Shown here one piece after another: positions 13,169-23,987 of a stretch of DNA of 35,556 bases. The stretch's first letter is position 1. Each line of letters opens with the position of its first letter. The stretch lies in NCBI GenBank assembly GCA_000697335.1, contig JNEM01012913.1, positions 1 to 35,556 of the forward strand, read 5' to 3'. The notes below the pieces were generated by a model. The model ran no database searches, was not told where the DNA came from, and worked only from the letters and a program-made list of their open reading frames with translations. The translations under genes and the position numbers were made by a program. Source of the stretch: Conidiobolus incongruus B7586 (lineage: Eukaryota).

Positions 13169-13690
13169 TCACTATAAAATATAGCCCAATATTTCAACCC
13201 TTAACAACCTTTATTTCAAACTATAACAATATTTGTGACAACATTGTTTATAGAATATCCTTTAAATTATTGTTTCTAAATGTATTTCTAATTCAATTTT
13301 AGCATAAATTAATAAACCTTAAGATTTTCAACAAAATGTTAAATTAGTCAGATTAAGTGTTAATTAATTTAATGAAAAAGATTAATCGCATTTGAATAAT
13401 GAAATATTTATAACAATATATTAATGCATAAAGTAGAGATAAAAAGAATATTAATTTCACTTTAATTTATTTAATTTTATTCATTTTCAAATATATTTTT
13501 AATTGACCAGTTTTATAATTTCTAATCTAAGTTTTTGATTCAATTTTATAAGATTTTCATAATTTTGCAGTTGGCTGAAAATTTTTTAGAAAATAATAGG
13601 AAGATCCTTTCAATGCATTAATTAATTTATATATATATATGATCTATAAAATTATCAATAAACAAGTCATTTTTTATAAAAATTAATAAT

Positions 13691-14473
13691 ATGTGGTTAA
13701 TTTTGATCTATTATTCTCTACTTTTATTAAAATTCAAATGCTTGGAAAATGACATAGAATCAATGAATCGGATATCAAAAGGTTACTTAGCGTCCACCGT
13801 CCAACCCTGGCTAGCTAGTTTACAATACTCCAATGGGTATTCATTCTGTGGCGGAGCTCTCATCAGTTCCAATACAATTTTGACAGCTGGCCACTGTCTC
13901 CAAAACAGAACCCCAGAATCTATATACGTGCAATTGGGTGCTCTTACTCTGGACGATGCTGATAAATCCCAACGCATCCAGGGCAGCAAAATTATCTTCG
14001 ACAGGAATTATTATTTCGGAACTTATTGGAACCAACTTTATGTTCGAAACGATATTGGACTCCTAAAATTGTCCAAATCTGTCAATATCAGTAGTACACC
14101 CTCACTGGATGACAAAAACCTCGCCAATAGCTACAACGCCAATGTAGTCGCACTCGGGTACGGCGATTTGGGGAATGGCTATTACAATACTCCTGGGAAT
14201 CCGTTAAGGGAAGTAAATTTGAGGATTGGGTACCCAACTGAATGTCGACGAGATTATTATCAAACTTTCGACTCCAATCAGTCCATCTGTGTCACTAATT
14301 ATGGTAACAATCTCGGGGCTGGTACCTGCACTGGCGATTCGGGGTCTCCCCTTCTTCTGAATAATACAATCATTGGAGTGGTGAGTTATGGTCAAATGAG
14401 ATGTAGTAATGGAGTAAGTGTATATACTAAAATTTATCCTTTGATAAATTTTATTAGGGAAAATTCGAAATAA
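13691..14473 (+). CDS. Secreted S1 (trypsin-fold) serine protease, 260 aa
   Basis: Signal peptide, FCGGALI, and catalytic triad motifs TAGHC, NDIGLL and GDSGSP. Intronless. Confidence 0.95.
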   Translation: MWLILIYYSLLLLKFKCLENDIESMNRISKGYLASTVQPWLASLQYSNGYSFCGGALISSNTILTAGHCLQNRTPESIYVQLGALTLDDADKSQRIQGSKIIFDRNYYFGTYWNQLYVRNDIGLLKLSKSVNISSTPSLDDKNLANSYNANVVALGYGDLGNGYYNTPGNPLREVNLRIGYPTECRRDYYQTFDSNQSICVTNYGNNLGAGTCTGDSGSPLLLNNTIIGVVSYGQMRCSNGVSVYTKIYPLINFIRENSK

Positions 14474-14616
14474 AATAAATAAAAAAATTTTAAATAATTT
14501 TATAATTTAATAAATATATTCTTGTTAAAAAAATATTTTTTTTTATTAATTAATTAATTTCCTTTTTATTAAAAAAATTATAAAATTTAGTTGAGGAATA
14601 ATAATAATAATAATAT

Positions 14617-15456
14617 TTAATTGTTCTTGCTATTCCTATACATATACTGAGGTACAATGTTAGATTCCATTAATGATTTGTAAGTGTTGGGGCTGGAGTA
14701 GGCTTTTGGCGAAGTGCCAGAAGTTTGATGCTTGTAATTGAATTGGGAATTCATTGGAGGTTGTGATTGGCTGGATTGTTTCTGTTGCATAAATGATCTA
14801 AACAAATCCCTAAATTGATCGAATGCAGCTTGGTATTGTGCAGCATTGGCATCTGGGGCAGAGGCTTGCGGTTGATAGTTGTAAGCGTGAGCTGGAGTTT
14901 GTTGTTGGTAGCTATAAGCTTTAGCTGGATTATTGGCAGGTGGCATAATGGGAGGACTCTGGTAACGCTCATATTCATCCTCAGTAAGAATCTTATTGGA
15001 TGGTTGGTGATGGGGTTGAATGATCGAGGGTGGCAAATTATTATTGGGAATGGTGCTGAGATTGGGGCTGCGTAATTCGTGATTTTTATCATATTTGTGA
15101 TCAATCTTGTGATGGATTCTATATCTAGTGTGAGTGGCAGTTGGAGTGGGGACAGGTGGGGTTATTGTAGTGGGGACAGGAATGGCGTCAGTGGCAATTT
15201 CACCAGATGTTGTTTTTGGGTAATCAGAAATTGTTGTAGTAGGAATGTCTAATGTGCTTTCATCCTTTTCGAGACTGGAAGCATTGGTGGGTGAAGAAGT
15301 AGCTTGGATAGTAGTGGTAGTAGGGGTAGCATTAGATGCATCATCCAATGTAGTGGAACTAGGATGGTAGTATCCGTCCAAATCTTCTAAGCGATAAGCT
15401 TGAGATCCGTGCATCAAGCACAATCCCAAAGCATAAGTGAATGAAATCAATTTCAT
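14617..15456 (-). CDS. Secreted low-complexity S/T/P-rich then Q/N/Y-rich protein, unknown function (279 aa)
   Basis: Long GC-richer ORF. MKLISFTYALGLCLMHGSQA looks like a signal peptide starting at ATG 15456. Confidence 0.8.
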   Translation of the reverse strand: MKLISFTYALGLCLMHGSQAYRLEDLDGYYHPSSTTLDDASNATPTTTTIQATSSPTNASSLEKDESTLDIPTTTISDYPKTTSGEIATDAIPVPTTITPPVPTPTATHTRYRIHHKIDHKYDKNHELRSPNLSTIPNNNLPPSIIQPHHQPSNKILTEDEYERYQSPPIMPPANNPAKAYSYQQQTPAHAYNYQPQASAPDANAAQYQAAFDQFRDLFRSFMQQKQSSQSQPPMNSQFNYKHQTSGTSPKAYSSPNTYKSLMESNIVPQYMYRNSKNN

Positions 15457-16557
15457 ATCAGTAATAAAATTCAACCTGTTGAATTAAAAAAATAGAGCAT
15501 AATTATAAGGGATCATGAGTTTATATATGAAATCCAAAGGTGTCAAATAATCATAATACACAACAATCATTCATTGTATGGGTTACGCAAAGGATGAATT
15601 TTAATTTCTTTGTTGGAAATTAATAAATTCAATTACTAAAACTGGTTGAAAATTCTTTAATAATTATTAATTTTTAGCCCAATGACAATTCAAAGTGCCA
15701 GTTGAACATATTTTGATTTAATTATAATTACAAAGTTGAATACTAAAATAAATCTTTACCAATTGCAGACATTCTAAATATTTTGAATTCATCTGATTCA
15801 AATTAAACACTTATGTACTAATTCACCTCAATTATGGAGACCAATTAATCAAAATTTTATCTAAATATAGAAATTTTTAAAGTACTTAATCAGAATTCAA
15901 TTGTCATTAACATCTTAACAAAAAATTTGTATTGAATTAATGTTAAAGTGATTAAATTTTAACTCTTTCAAATCGTGAATATATGACAAAAAATGGTTAT
16001 AATTCTAAAACTCAAATATTATTGTGATTTCAAAGCTGGCGTTTATGAATTATTAACTCAGAAAAAAAACTTAATTGTTTCAAGCATTTAGATTGCATAT
16101 TTAAATTTATTTTATTCCGAATATCAAAAGATTATCTATTTTTAGTTTAATTGACAAGTTTTGAAAGCTGTTAACGTAGCGGTAATATATGAGTTCCACT
16201 TTTAGCCATTTAGAATGTTCGGTACATTGATTATTGATAAGATCGTTAAGAGATTTTCGTGCCAGTATAAAAATAGATTGGAAGTAGGCACTAAAAGTTT
16301 GATGAATGGGAGGATCTTCATAGTTGAAGGCTGACAACTTTCAATATTAAAGGCGATATAATAATGGTATCATTTGTAAAATGAATGCTATATTCGTTTA
16401 AATTATTCATATTACATGATTACTTTTTTTCAATAATGAATTTAAAAAAAATAATAAAAGCATTATTCAATAACTCATTTAAAAAAATAAAATCTGTGTC
16501 CGTAAAGTCAAATTACACTAGTTTATTAATTATAATATGATTAAAATATGCAAGATT

Positions 16558-16960
16558 TTAAAGATTACTCAAAACCCAACCCAAATAAGTATTAACCCTG
16601 GTGAATACGGAAACTCGATTGTTGCAATTCGGAGTTTAGTAACACACCAATCCCACAACGCAGCCCTGTACCAATAATGGACTTCTATTATCGCTACTGC
16701 ACGTTGCACTCTTTGCCGAGTCTGGAGGTCCTTGAGTTCACAACTGTTGTTTCAGATTAAACTGATTGCCTTACCCTTCCTTGATATCTATCGAGCTGTG
16801 GCCAGCTGTCAGTATCACACGTGAAGATATTAAGCTACCACCGTAGAATGTTAACGTATCTTGGGATTGGATTGCTACGATCCCCTAATACTGGTTGTTG
16901 ATAGGTTAATGACTTTTGATTCATTTATTATTGGTAGCGCTATTAATTTCAAATTTTTGA
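16558..16960 (-). pseudogene. Internally deleted S1 serine protease pseudogene
   Basis: Minus strand reads FYGGSLISSRVILTAGHS ... TCSSDNRSPLLVQGCVVGLVCY*TPNCNNRVSVFTRVNTYLGWV. Catalytic Ser is now Asn (16687-16689) and there is a TAA at 16636-16638. His-to-Ser spacing is 111 nt versus 447 nt in the intact gene. The 5' boundary is approximate. Confidence 0.88.
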
Positions 16961-17719
16961 CAATTTTATAATTCAATTAATGTGAGTGCTAACATTGTAG
17001 TTTTTGAATCCACTATGTTTATTATTTCAACCAAATATCAATATTTTCAAATATATCGAATATTCACGTATTGTCTATAACATTGTATAGTGATTAGCGA
17101 CTACTTGGATGGAATTATTATAATTTAAACCAATATTTAAAAGCTTCTATACATTGAAAACTTTTATTGATTTTTTGTGCTTAATATCGAGCTTTATATA
17201 TTGGTTTAAAAACGACAAATTTTATTGACAAATATGCTTATTGAATTATTATGCTAATGCGATATTGTCTATGAGGTATTTGTTATTGTTGTGGTTTTAC
17301 TAGCTAATAATATTAAAATTAAGATTTTTGTGTTGAATGTAATAAAAAGCACTTAAGATTAAATAAGCTTTAATTTTTAGTGACATAATATATTAATTGA
17401 ATTGATATATAATAATTATTAGTTTCTGAATGACTTAATTATATCAACAAGATTATATCACCTACAAACCATTGAAAATTGAATATTTTGAGAATAAATT
17501 AAATATATCAATATTTCAATATTTAATTAATTTATATTATCCAATCAATTTTCGCAAGTTGACCAAATAAACTGAAAAGTTTGACGATTCGAGTTTTGTA
17601 GCAAAAGTTTACCCTTTATAAACAAATAATTTTATAATGATATATTTGTTATAGTGGGAAAAGTTGCCAAAAGAATTAAGAATGACTTTATGTAGATAGA
17701 TATGAGGCAAGTTCAATCA

Positions 17720-18240
17720 GTTGCAACAAGTCCATATCTCAGATTCGTGATAATAACCCTCAAGCGTCGCCTGTAACCAATGGATGACTGCTACATTAAC
17801 CAACCTAATATTGAATCAAGATTAATCGCTATTTGAAGTCGTTAAGTTTTCACCAATTATAATTATTTGAATGAGTATCTGTATTGCAAATTACTATTAA
17901 AGAATGATAAACCATATTTAATTAAATATAAGATAGGAAAACGAATTAATAAAATAGACATATTTTTTATTTGATAATTTTCAATAAAATTAATCTATGG
18001 TCAGATTTGAATCCTGGTTCAATAAACTTTCCTTCAATCAACCTATTTATCCAAACTTGTATATAATAATCGACCTAAGAAACCAAAGAACAACTAAGAT
18101 TGAACTAATGTAGAGATACACATTCGGTTGATTCAAGCCATCGTCATATCTTTGAAGCGAGATTATTTCTGAGATCTGTGAAAAAAACAAGTGTCGCCTG
18201 TGATTAGTGCATTATCACTACACTGACGAACCTGATTTTT
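17720..18240. repeat. Two degenerate direct repeats (~17725-17812 and ~18165-18240), unidentified
   Basis: caagcgtcgcctgtaaccaatg..ctacattaaccaacctaat versus caagtgtcgcctgtgattagtg..ctacactgacgaacctgat, with identical internal spacing. Confidence 0.6.
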
Positions 18241-19078
18241 TTTAATTTTAATATTATTTGATAAAATTCCATTAATTATCTGAATTTCAAAACTCGATTA
18301 AATTATAATTTACTAAAGAATTACAAATAAAATATTAAGATTTTTATTGATTATTACTTTTTTTAATATTTTAACAATTTTCTAAAATAAATAATAATTT
18401 TGAATTTTAATTTATATCAATATACTAATTTAGATTTCAAAATAAACCTAGATACTAAGTAGATTAAAATACTGAATTAGTAAAATTTCTAAAATAAATT
18501 TTAAATATTGAAATTATGATAAAGTTAGATTACATTTCTAATGCCACCACACAGCATAGTCATATCACAATAACTCGGTTGTTAAATCAAGTGCTGCTAG
18601 CAGATAATGGTGGATCATTGTTCCCAACTATTTAATACTAAAAGAAATAACCTGATTACAACTATAAACTATAATAAGTATTCACCATTTCAATATTACT
18701 GGGAAACAAATATATATTATAATAGAATTCATTTTATTGACTTAAATTATAAAATAAATTCTACAAATTTGATGTTTCATTAAATACTTATTAGATTGAA
18801 ATCATAAGCAAATGGAAAAAATAATAAAAACTGATAAATATATTTAATATAAAACTATTTCAATTAAGATATTATTAACTTTTTGGTTTTGATTATAATA
18901 CAATATAATATATTTATAATATTTTTTTAATTGATAATTTTAATTGAAGAAATTTATTAATCATTTTTTCCCTATCCCATAATAATATTTTCTCTAAAAA
19001 TCAATTTAAAATTAATTACTTTGAAAAAAAAAAGAAAAATGTATTATATAACAAATAATAAATTAATTAAAATAAATA

Positions 19079-20071
19079 ATGGTAAAATCTAATACTAATA
19101 AAAAAACCAAAAAATCCTCCAAAACAGTTGAAAAACCCAAGGCTTTAACATTAGAAGACGTCCTCAAACAGCTCAAAGTAAATCCCAACCTGTATGCGAG
19201 TAGCCCAAATCAAAAACTCTTGAACATTATTAAAGCCGCTTTTAACAACGAAATAAATAATGCTGAATTCCCCAACTATTTAAGAGAGATAAAAGAGCAC
19301 TTTTTCAATCGCGAATACTTGAAAGTATTTGAGAATCAGACTTATTTGCCAGTGTACTGTGTGAATTATATCCCGGGTAGAAGTATGTGTTATTTTAATA
19401 TGTTTATTCAGAATGAGCCATTACGAAATTTGTTAACTGGGAATTTAAAGATTTTTGCGATGGGTGCTGGTGCGGGTAGTGAATTGGTCGGGATTGCAGC
19501 CGCGAGTGCTGCAATGTATAATGAGAATCAAAAGGTTGTGCTGCATACGCAGGATATCGCCGATTGGTCTAATGTGTTGAGCAGTTTGGAGAAGGAGCTT
19601 AGAAATCAGTTGGGCGATCATTTGGATGGGTTTGAAACTAAGTTTTCAATTGGATCAGTACTGAATATTGACGAAACTTTAGAACGCAATATTAATGAAT
19701 CGGATTTAATTACTGCTATGTTTGTGATTAATGAACTATTTGTTGAGAAATCAAATGCAATGAACTTAATTAAATTATTGATAAGTAAAATGAGATCAGG
19801 ATCCCATTTATTGGTAAGTAAACATATTAAATATAATTTGAAAAACAATATTAATAATTACGAATAGATTGTAGATTCCGCTGGCTCCTTTAGTCATTTA
19901 AAAATCAACGACAAAACCTACATGGTACACCAACTTTTAGACAATTTAAAAAATTATTTTGAACCTTTAATTCAAACTGATTCCGAATGGTATCGCATTA
20001 ATTCCAATTTAGCATTCCCACTCCCCATCCAAAATATGAGATACTTTATTAGATTATACAAGAGGCTATAG
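19079..20071 (+). CDS. BMT6: 25S rRNA uridine-N3 methyltransferase, BMT6-like (312 aa)
   Basis: Exons 19079-19813 and 19868-20071. Motifs IKEHFFNREY..VF, Y..PGRSMCY, GAGAGSELVG, DIADWS, MFVINELF, LLIVDSAGSFS and NMRY. Confidence 0.88.
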
Positions 20072-21303
20072 TGATTTATTGAATATTGATTCAAATATGA
20101 TTAGAGTGGGTTCATAGTCGTTGGAATAGAGTTGGATTAGACTTTGGAATTGAGTGGGTAGATTTTTTAGAATTGAAGATCTTTGTAAGTCTTGTTGATA
20201 CCCTAAATTACATTTATTTAATATACTATCACAATATATATTAATAAACTTACATTCTTTACTAAAACACGGATAGATTTGAATCGATTTCTTAATTTCA
20301 AAACTTGATTCAATTCTTAAATCATAGCTTATAGTAATTCCAATTTTGGTACTAAACAATATAAATTAATACAAAGTGAGTGTTATAACTAATAAAAATC
20401 ATTACTTGGGACATTCGAAATGTATGACAGTGGAATTCATAGAATCTTTAGTCTGTATAGGACAATTCGACTGATATCGATTGAACAATCTAGATTGTAA
20501 CTGATTTTGAGGTAACAAATGGCTAAATTTTGATTTTAGTCGATTGAAATAATTCACTCTCTGGGTATGGAATTCACAGTATTTGGTTAATATTATAAAT
20601 GTGTCTAATATGTTATTTTCATTTTGATTCCTATAATGGCATATTAGTAAATTAATTATTTTATACTTGATATAAATTACTTAGTTAGCATATCTCTTAA
20701 TTCATTCAAAACGCCACCTTCAGTGTTAATTTTAAAGGATTGAATAACGTTATCGGAGAGTATAAATTTAGAATTAAATTTAATACAATTGGATATAATT
20801 CCATTTAATTCAAATTCTATTAAATAATTATTAATTATATTCTTATAATAATATATTCAATATTTACCCAAATTTGATCCATTTTTGACCTTTTGAATAG
20901 ATTGAAATTTAACACCAGTTAAATTAAATAAATTATCAATCTAAAAAAATATTATTTAAAAATTATATAAAATCATATGAATAATTATTATTTACATCAT
21001 TTTCCATTCTTTTCAATTTTTTATCAACAAACTCCAAATCTGGTATAAATATGGGTACATTATTTAGATTATATTTGAGTCCCCTATAAAAATCAATCAA
21101 TATTTTATACAACTATTAAACTATTTATCTTGTTACATAATTTTATTTAAATATTCCAGTTCAAATTCGTTATTTTGAATTGGGATACGGTTCCAGATTA
21201 ATTGAGTTTGCAATTGGTTAATCTCTTCTTGTAATTGGGTTATTTCATATTCCAGAGTTTCGTTTTCTTCGTTTAATGTTGCTAATTCTTTGTATAAATC
21301 CAT
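20066..21303 (-). CDS. CENPP: Probable centromere protein CENP-P / Ctf19-like (324 aa, six exons)
   Basis: Exons 21303-21137, 21083-20996, 20940-20868, 20816-20681, 20630-20406 and 20351-20066 splice in frame with GT-AG. N-terminal coiled coil, LTGV, YCEF..QR..YF..LK.KF and ILKNLP.QFQSLI resemble CENP-P as recalled. The gene structure is solid; the family call is less certain. Confidence 0.7.
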
Positions 21304-21947
21304 TACTTTTTAAAAAAAATTTTTTTGATTATTTAAAGGTTTTGATTGATTGATATAATTTATAAATTAATTCTGTTTGAAAATTATTATGGGATTATAA
21401 CTTGATAATATTATTTTATTGATAATTAATAAATTATAAAAATTAAAATAATTAAATAATTCTACTTTTACAAATATAGAACAATCAATTATCAAATTAT
21501 TATTCTTATTATTATTATTAATCATATTAAACTAATTTTCACAAATTATTAAATTTCATTGCTCATATTTTATGATATTATTTGCAGCATTAAAATTTAA
21601 CATTAATTTACTATTTTCAATATCCTATTAGACTATTTCCATTTTTTCCCTGTTTTATTATTTTAATATCTCTGAAATATTCAATAATATCAATAGATTA
21701 TTTCTTGAATAACTTTAATAATTTAATTTAGACAAAGTTAAGAATAAAATAAATTTGAAAACTATTTATTTTATATTAAATTTATTATTACTATATTATA
21801 AAATTATATTTGTTTAAAAAAGTCAATTTGATTCAACTAAAGTGGTAAAATTATCAATTCAATTGTTTACATTAAAAGTCTAAAATCAAAAAAAATTCAG
21901 TGTTTATTCTTTTATTTAATTAATCCATTTTAAATTTATAAATATTA

Positions 21948-23987
21948 ATGTTTAAAAGTTTGAAAAATTTTAATAAGTTGAAATGGTTACCTTTGAGCCA
22001 GAATGATGAGGATGAAGAGAACAGCGGTCAATTGACTAAGAAACACTCACCATATTTTAAAGAATTAAATATTTTGAAGTCGATATTTCCAGATTGTGGT
22101 AATCTTTTTTTATTTTATACAATATATATATAGTATATTTAGTTTAGTTTTTTAGATGTAAGGTATTTAGAGAACTGTTGCAAATATTACAAAGAGGATA
22201 TAGTAAATAGAGTTTGTGATAAAATTTTTCATTTGAACCACGGGGTGTACCCCAATTGTTTGAGTGAACCTAGCGTCGATACTTTGGAACCTAGTATTGA
22301 TAACAAAAACTTTTGGCTGAAGCAGGCTTATGACTTGTTTCCGGACTGCTCACCAAAGTGGATACGCGAAAGGATTGATATGGCTTCGCATAGTCCTGTT
22401 TATAAATTGGTTTACTTGATTTTGGACCTTAATAAACCGTATCCAAAGGAATATATTCTGGGGGAGTTGGATAACAAGCACTTATTTAGAAGTCGGAAAT
22501 ACACTAAGGGTGCCAGTTTGCGACTGTTCAACGCTTTTCCTCATATTTTCAAGAGCGAAATCAAACAAGTCCTCAAAGAGAATAATTACGATTATTTGAC
22601 ATGTTATAAAATCTTAAAAGAAACCAAAAAGGAAGTCAGTTGGGTTAATTCGGTTCTCAACACTCTTGCTCCAAGATCACAGTACGATGAACCTGATATG
22701 TTCGACTTGGAAGTACTTCGGGATGTGGATCGTCTTGAAACCCTGGAAAAGCACGATCAGGAACAGAGTAACTATCACGCGGCCCAATTGGTCAACCAGT
22801 CCGAGTACGAAATGAATAATGAAATGATAGCTTGCTCATGCTGTTACACTGATCATGCCTTCGAGATGCTCTGTCAGTGTAACGATGGCCATTTGTTCTG
22901 TTTCAACTGTGTTCAGAGATATTTGAATGAGATGATATACGGTCAGACCCCTATCAAGGACCAGGGTAGGGTTCCTTGTATGGATATGGAAGGTTGCGAA
23001 GGGGTTATTACTCGCGATGAACTGGTAAGAGCAGTCCCTCAAGATCTTATCAAATCCTTTGATAGTGCAGTTGCTTATAACGAAATTGAATTGAGTGGTT
23101 TGCATATCATTAATTGTCCATTCTGTCGGTATTGCGAAGCTGATAAAGAGCCAACGCTCCGAGAATTCAAATGGTTAAATTATTTAACTTACACTGGATC
23201 AGTCTTCTCGATCCACTCTTGGGTTGTTGGATTTGGCTTCACAACTTCATCCCTAATGGTTTTATTATTTGTCCTTCCTAATTATTGTTTGTGGCTCTTT
23301 TTATCATTGATCGCTTACAATAACTATAACCATATTAATATTCTGACCGAATACCCTACCTGGAAACTGATACAGCATTTGAAGAAAGACCAGTCTCAAA
23401 AAATATTCACATGCAAGAATCCCGAATGTTCTAAACGTTCCTGTTTAAAATGTTTCCAGCAATGTACTCTCTCTCATGTTTGCTACGAATCCGAATGCGA
23501 TGCCCTCCGTCTTAAAATCGAACAAGCTATGGCTCAAGCGGTTAAACACACCTGTCCCGTATGCAACTTATCATTCACTAAACTAGACGGATGTAACAAA
23601 CTAACCTGCCGATGTGGGTACATCATGTGTCACATGTGCGGCAAAGGGATCGCTCACGAAAGTTATGCACACTTCTGCGATCACTTCCAACTAATTCCAG
23701 ATATTCCATGCAATCTCTGTACCAAATGCCATCTCTACAAAGAGCCCAACCTTGACGAAGCGAGTCGTCGCGCAGCTCAAAGGGCCTACCGCGAATTTAT
23801 GGACGAACACCCCAACGTCATCAATCTCAACCTCCCTGACAATTTGCGCGATTTGATAGAAGACCCGTTCCTCGACCAGGTGGGCGGTATGAATTTTGAC
23901 CAAATCAAGGATATTGTCCAACTTAGGATTGAAAAGTGGCTTACTAAGGCTTTCAATTGGATATTGAGTTGGTTCTTTGAAGATTAG
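21948..23987 (+). CDS. RNF216: RBR (RING1-IBR-RING2) E3 ubiquitin ligase, RNF216/TRIAD3-like (660 aa)
   Basis: Exons 21948-22098 and 22156-23987. Motifs CSCCY..C.DGHLFC..C, CPFC, C.NPEC...CLKC and CPVC...K.DGCNKLTC.CG..MC..C. Repeated FPDC units at the N-terminus. Confidence 0.88.

Noticed and set aside
16107..16337. 76-aa minus ORF
   Set aside because: Non-ATG start and no motif; at most an unidentifiable remnant.
16560..16960. Telomerase or RNase P RNA on plus (TAACCCT, GGAAACTCG, Sm-like AATTTTTG)
   Set aside because: Fully explained as a minus-strand serine protease pseudogene.
18516..18635. 39-aa plus ORF (MIKLDYISNATTQH...)
   Set aside because: Too short, with no homology or promoter support.
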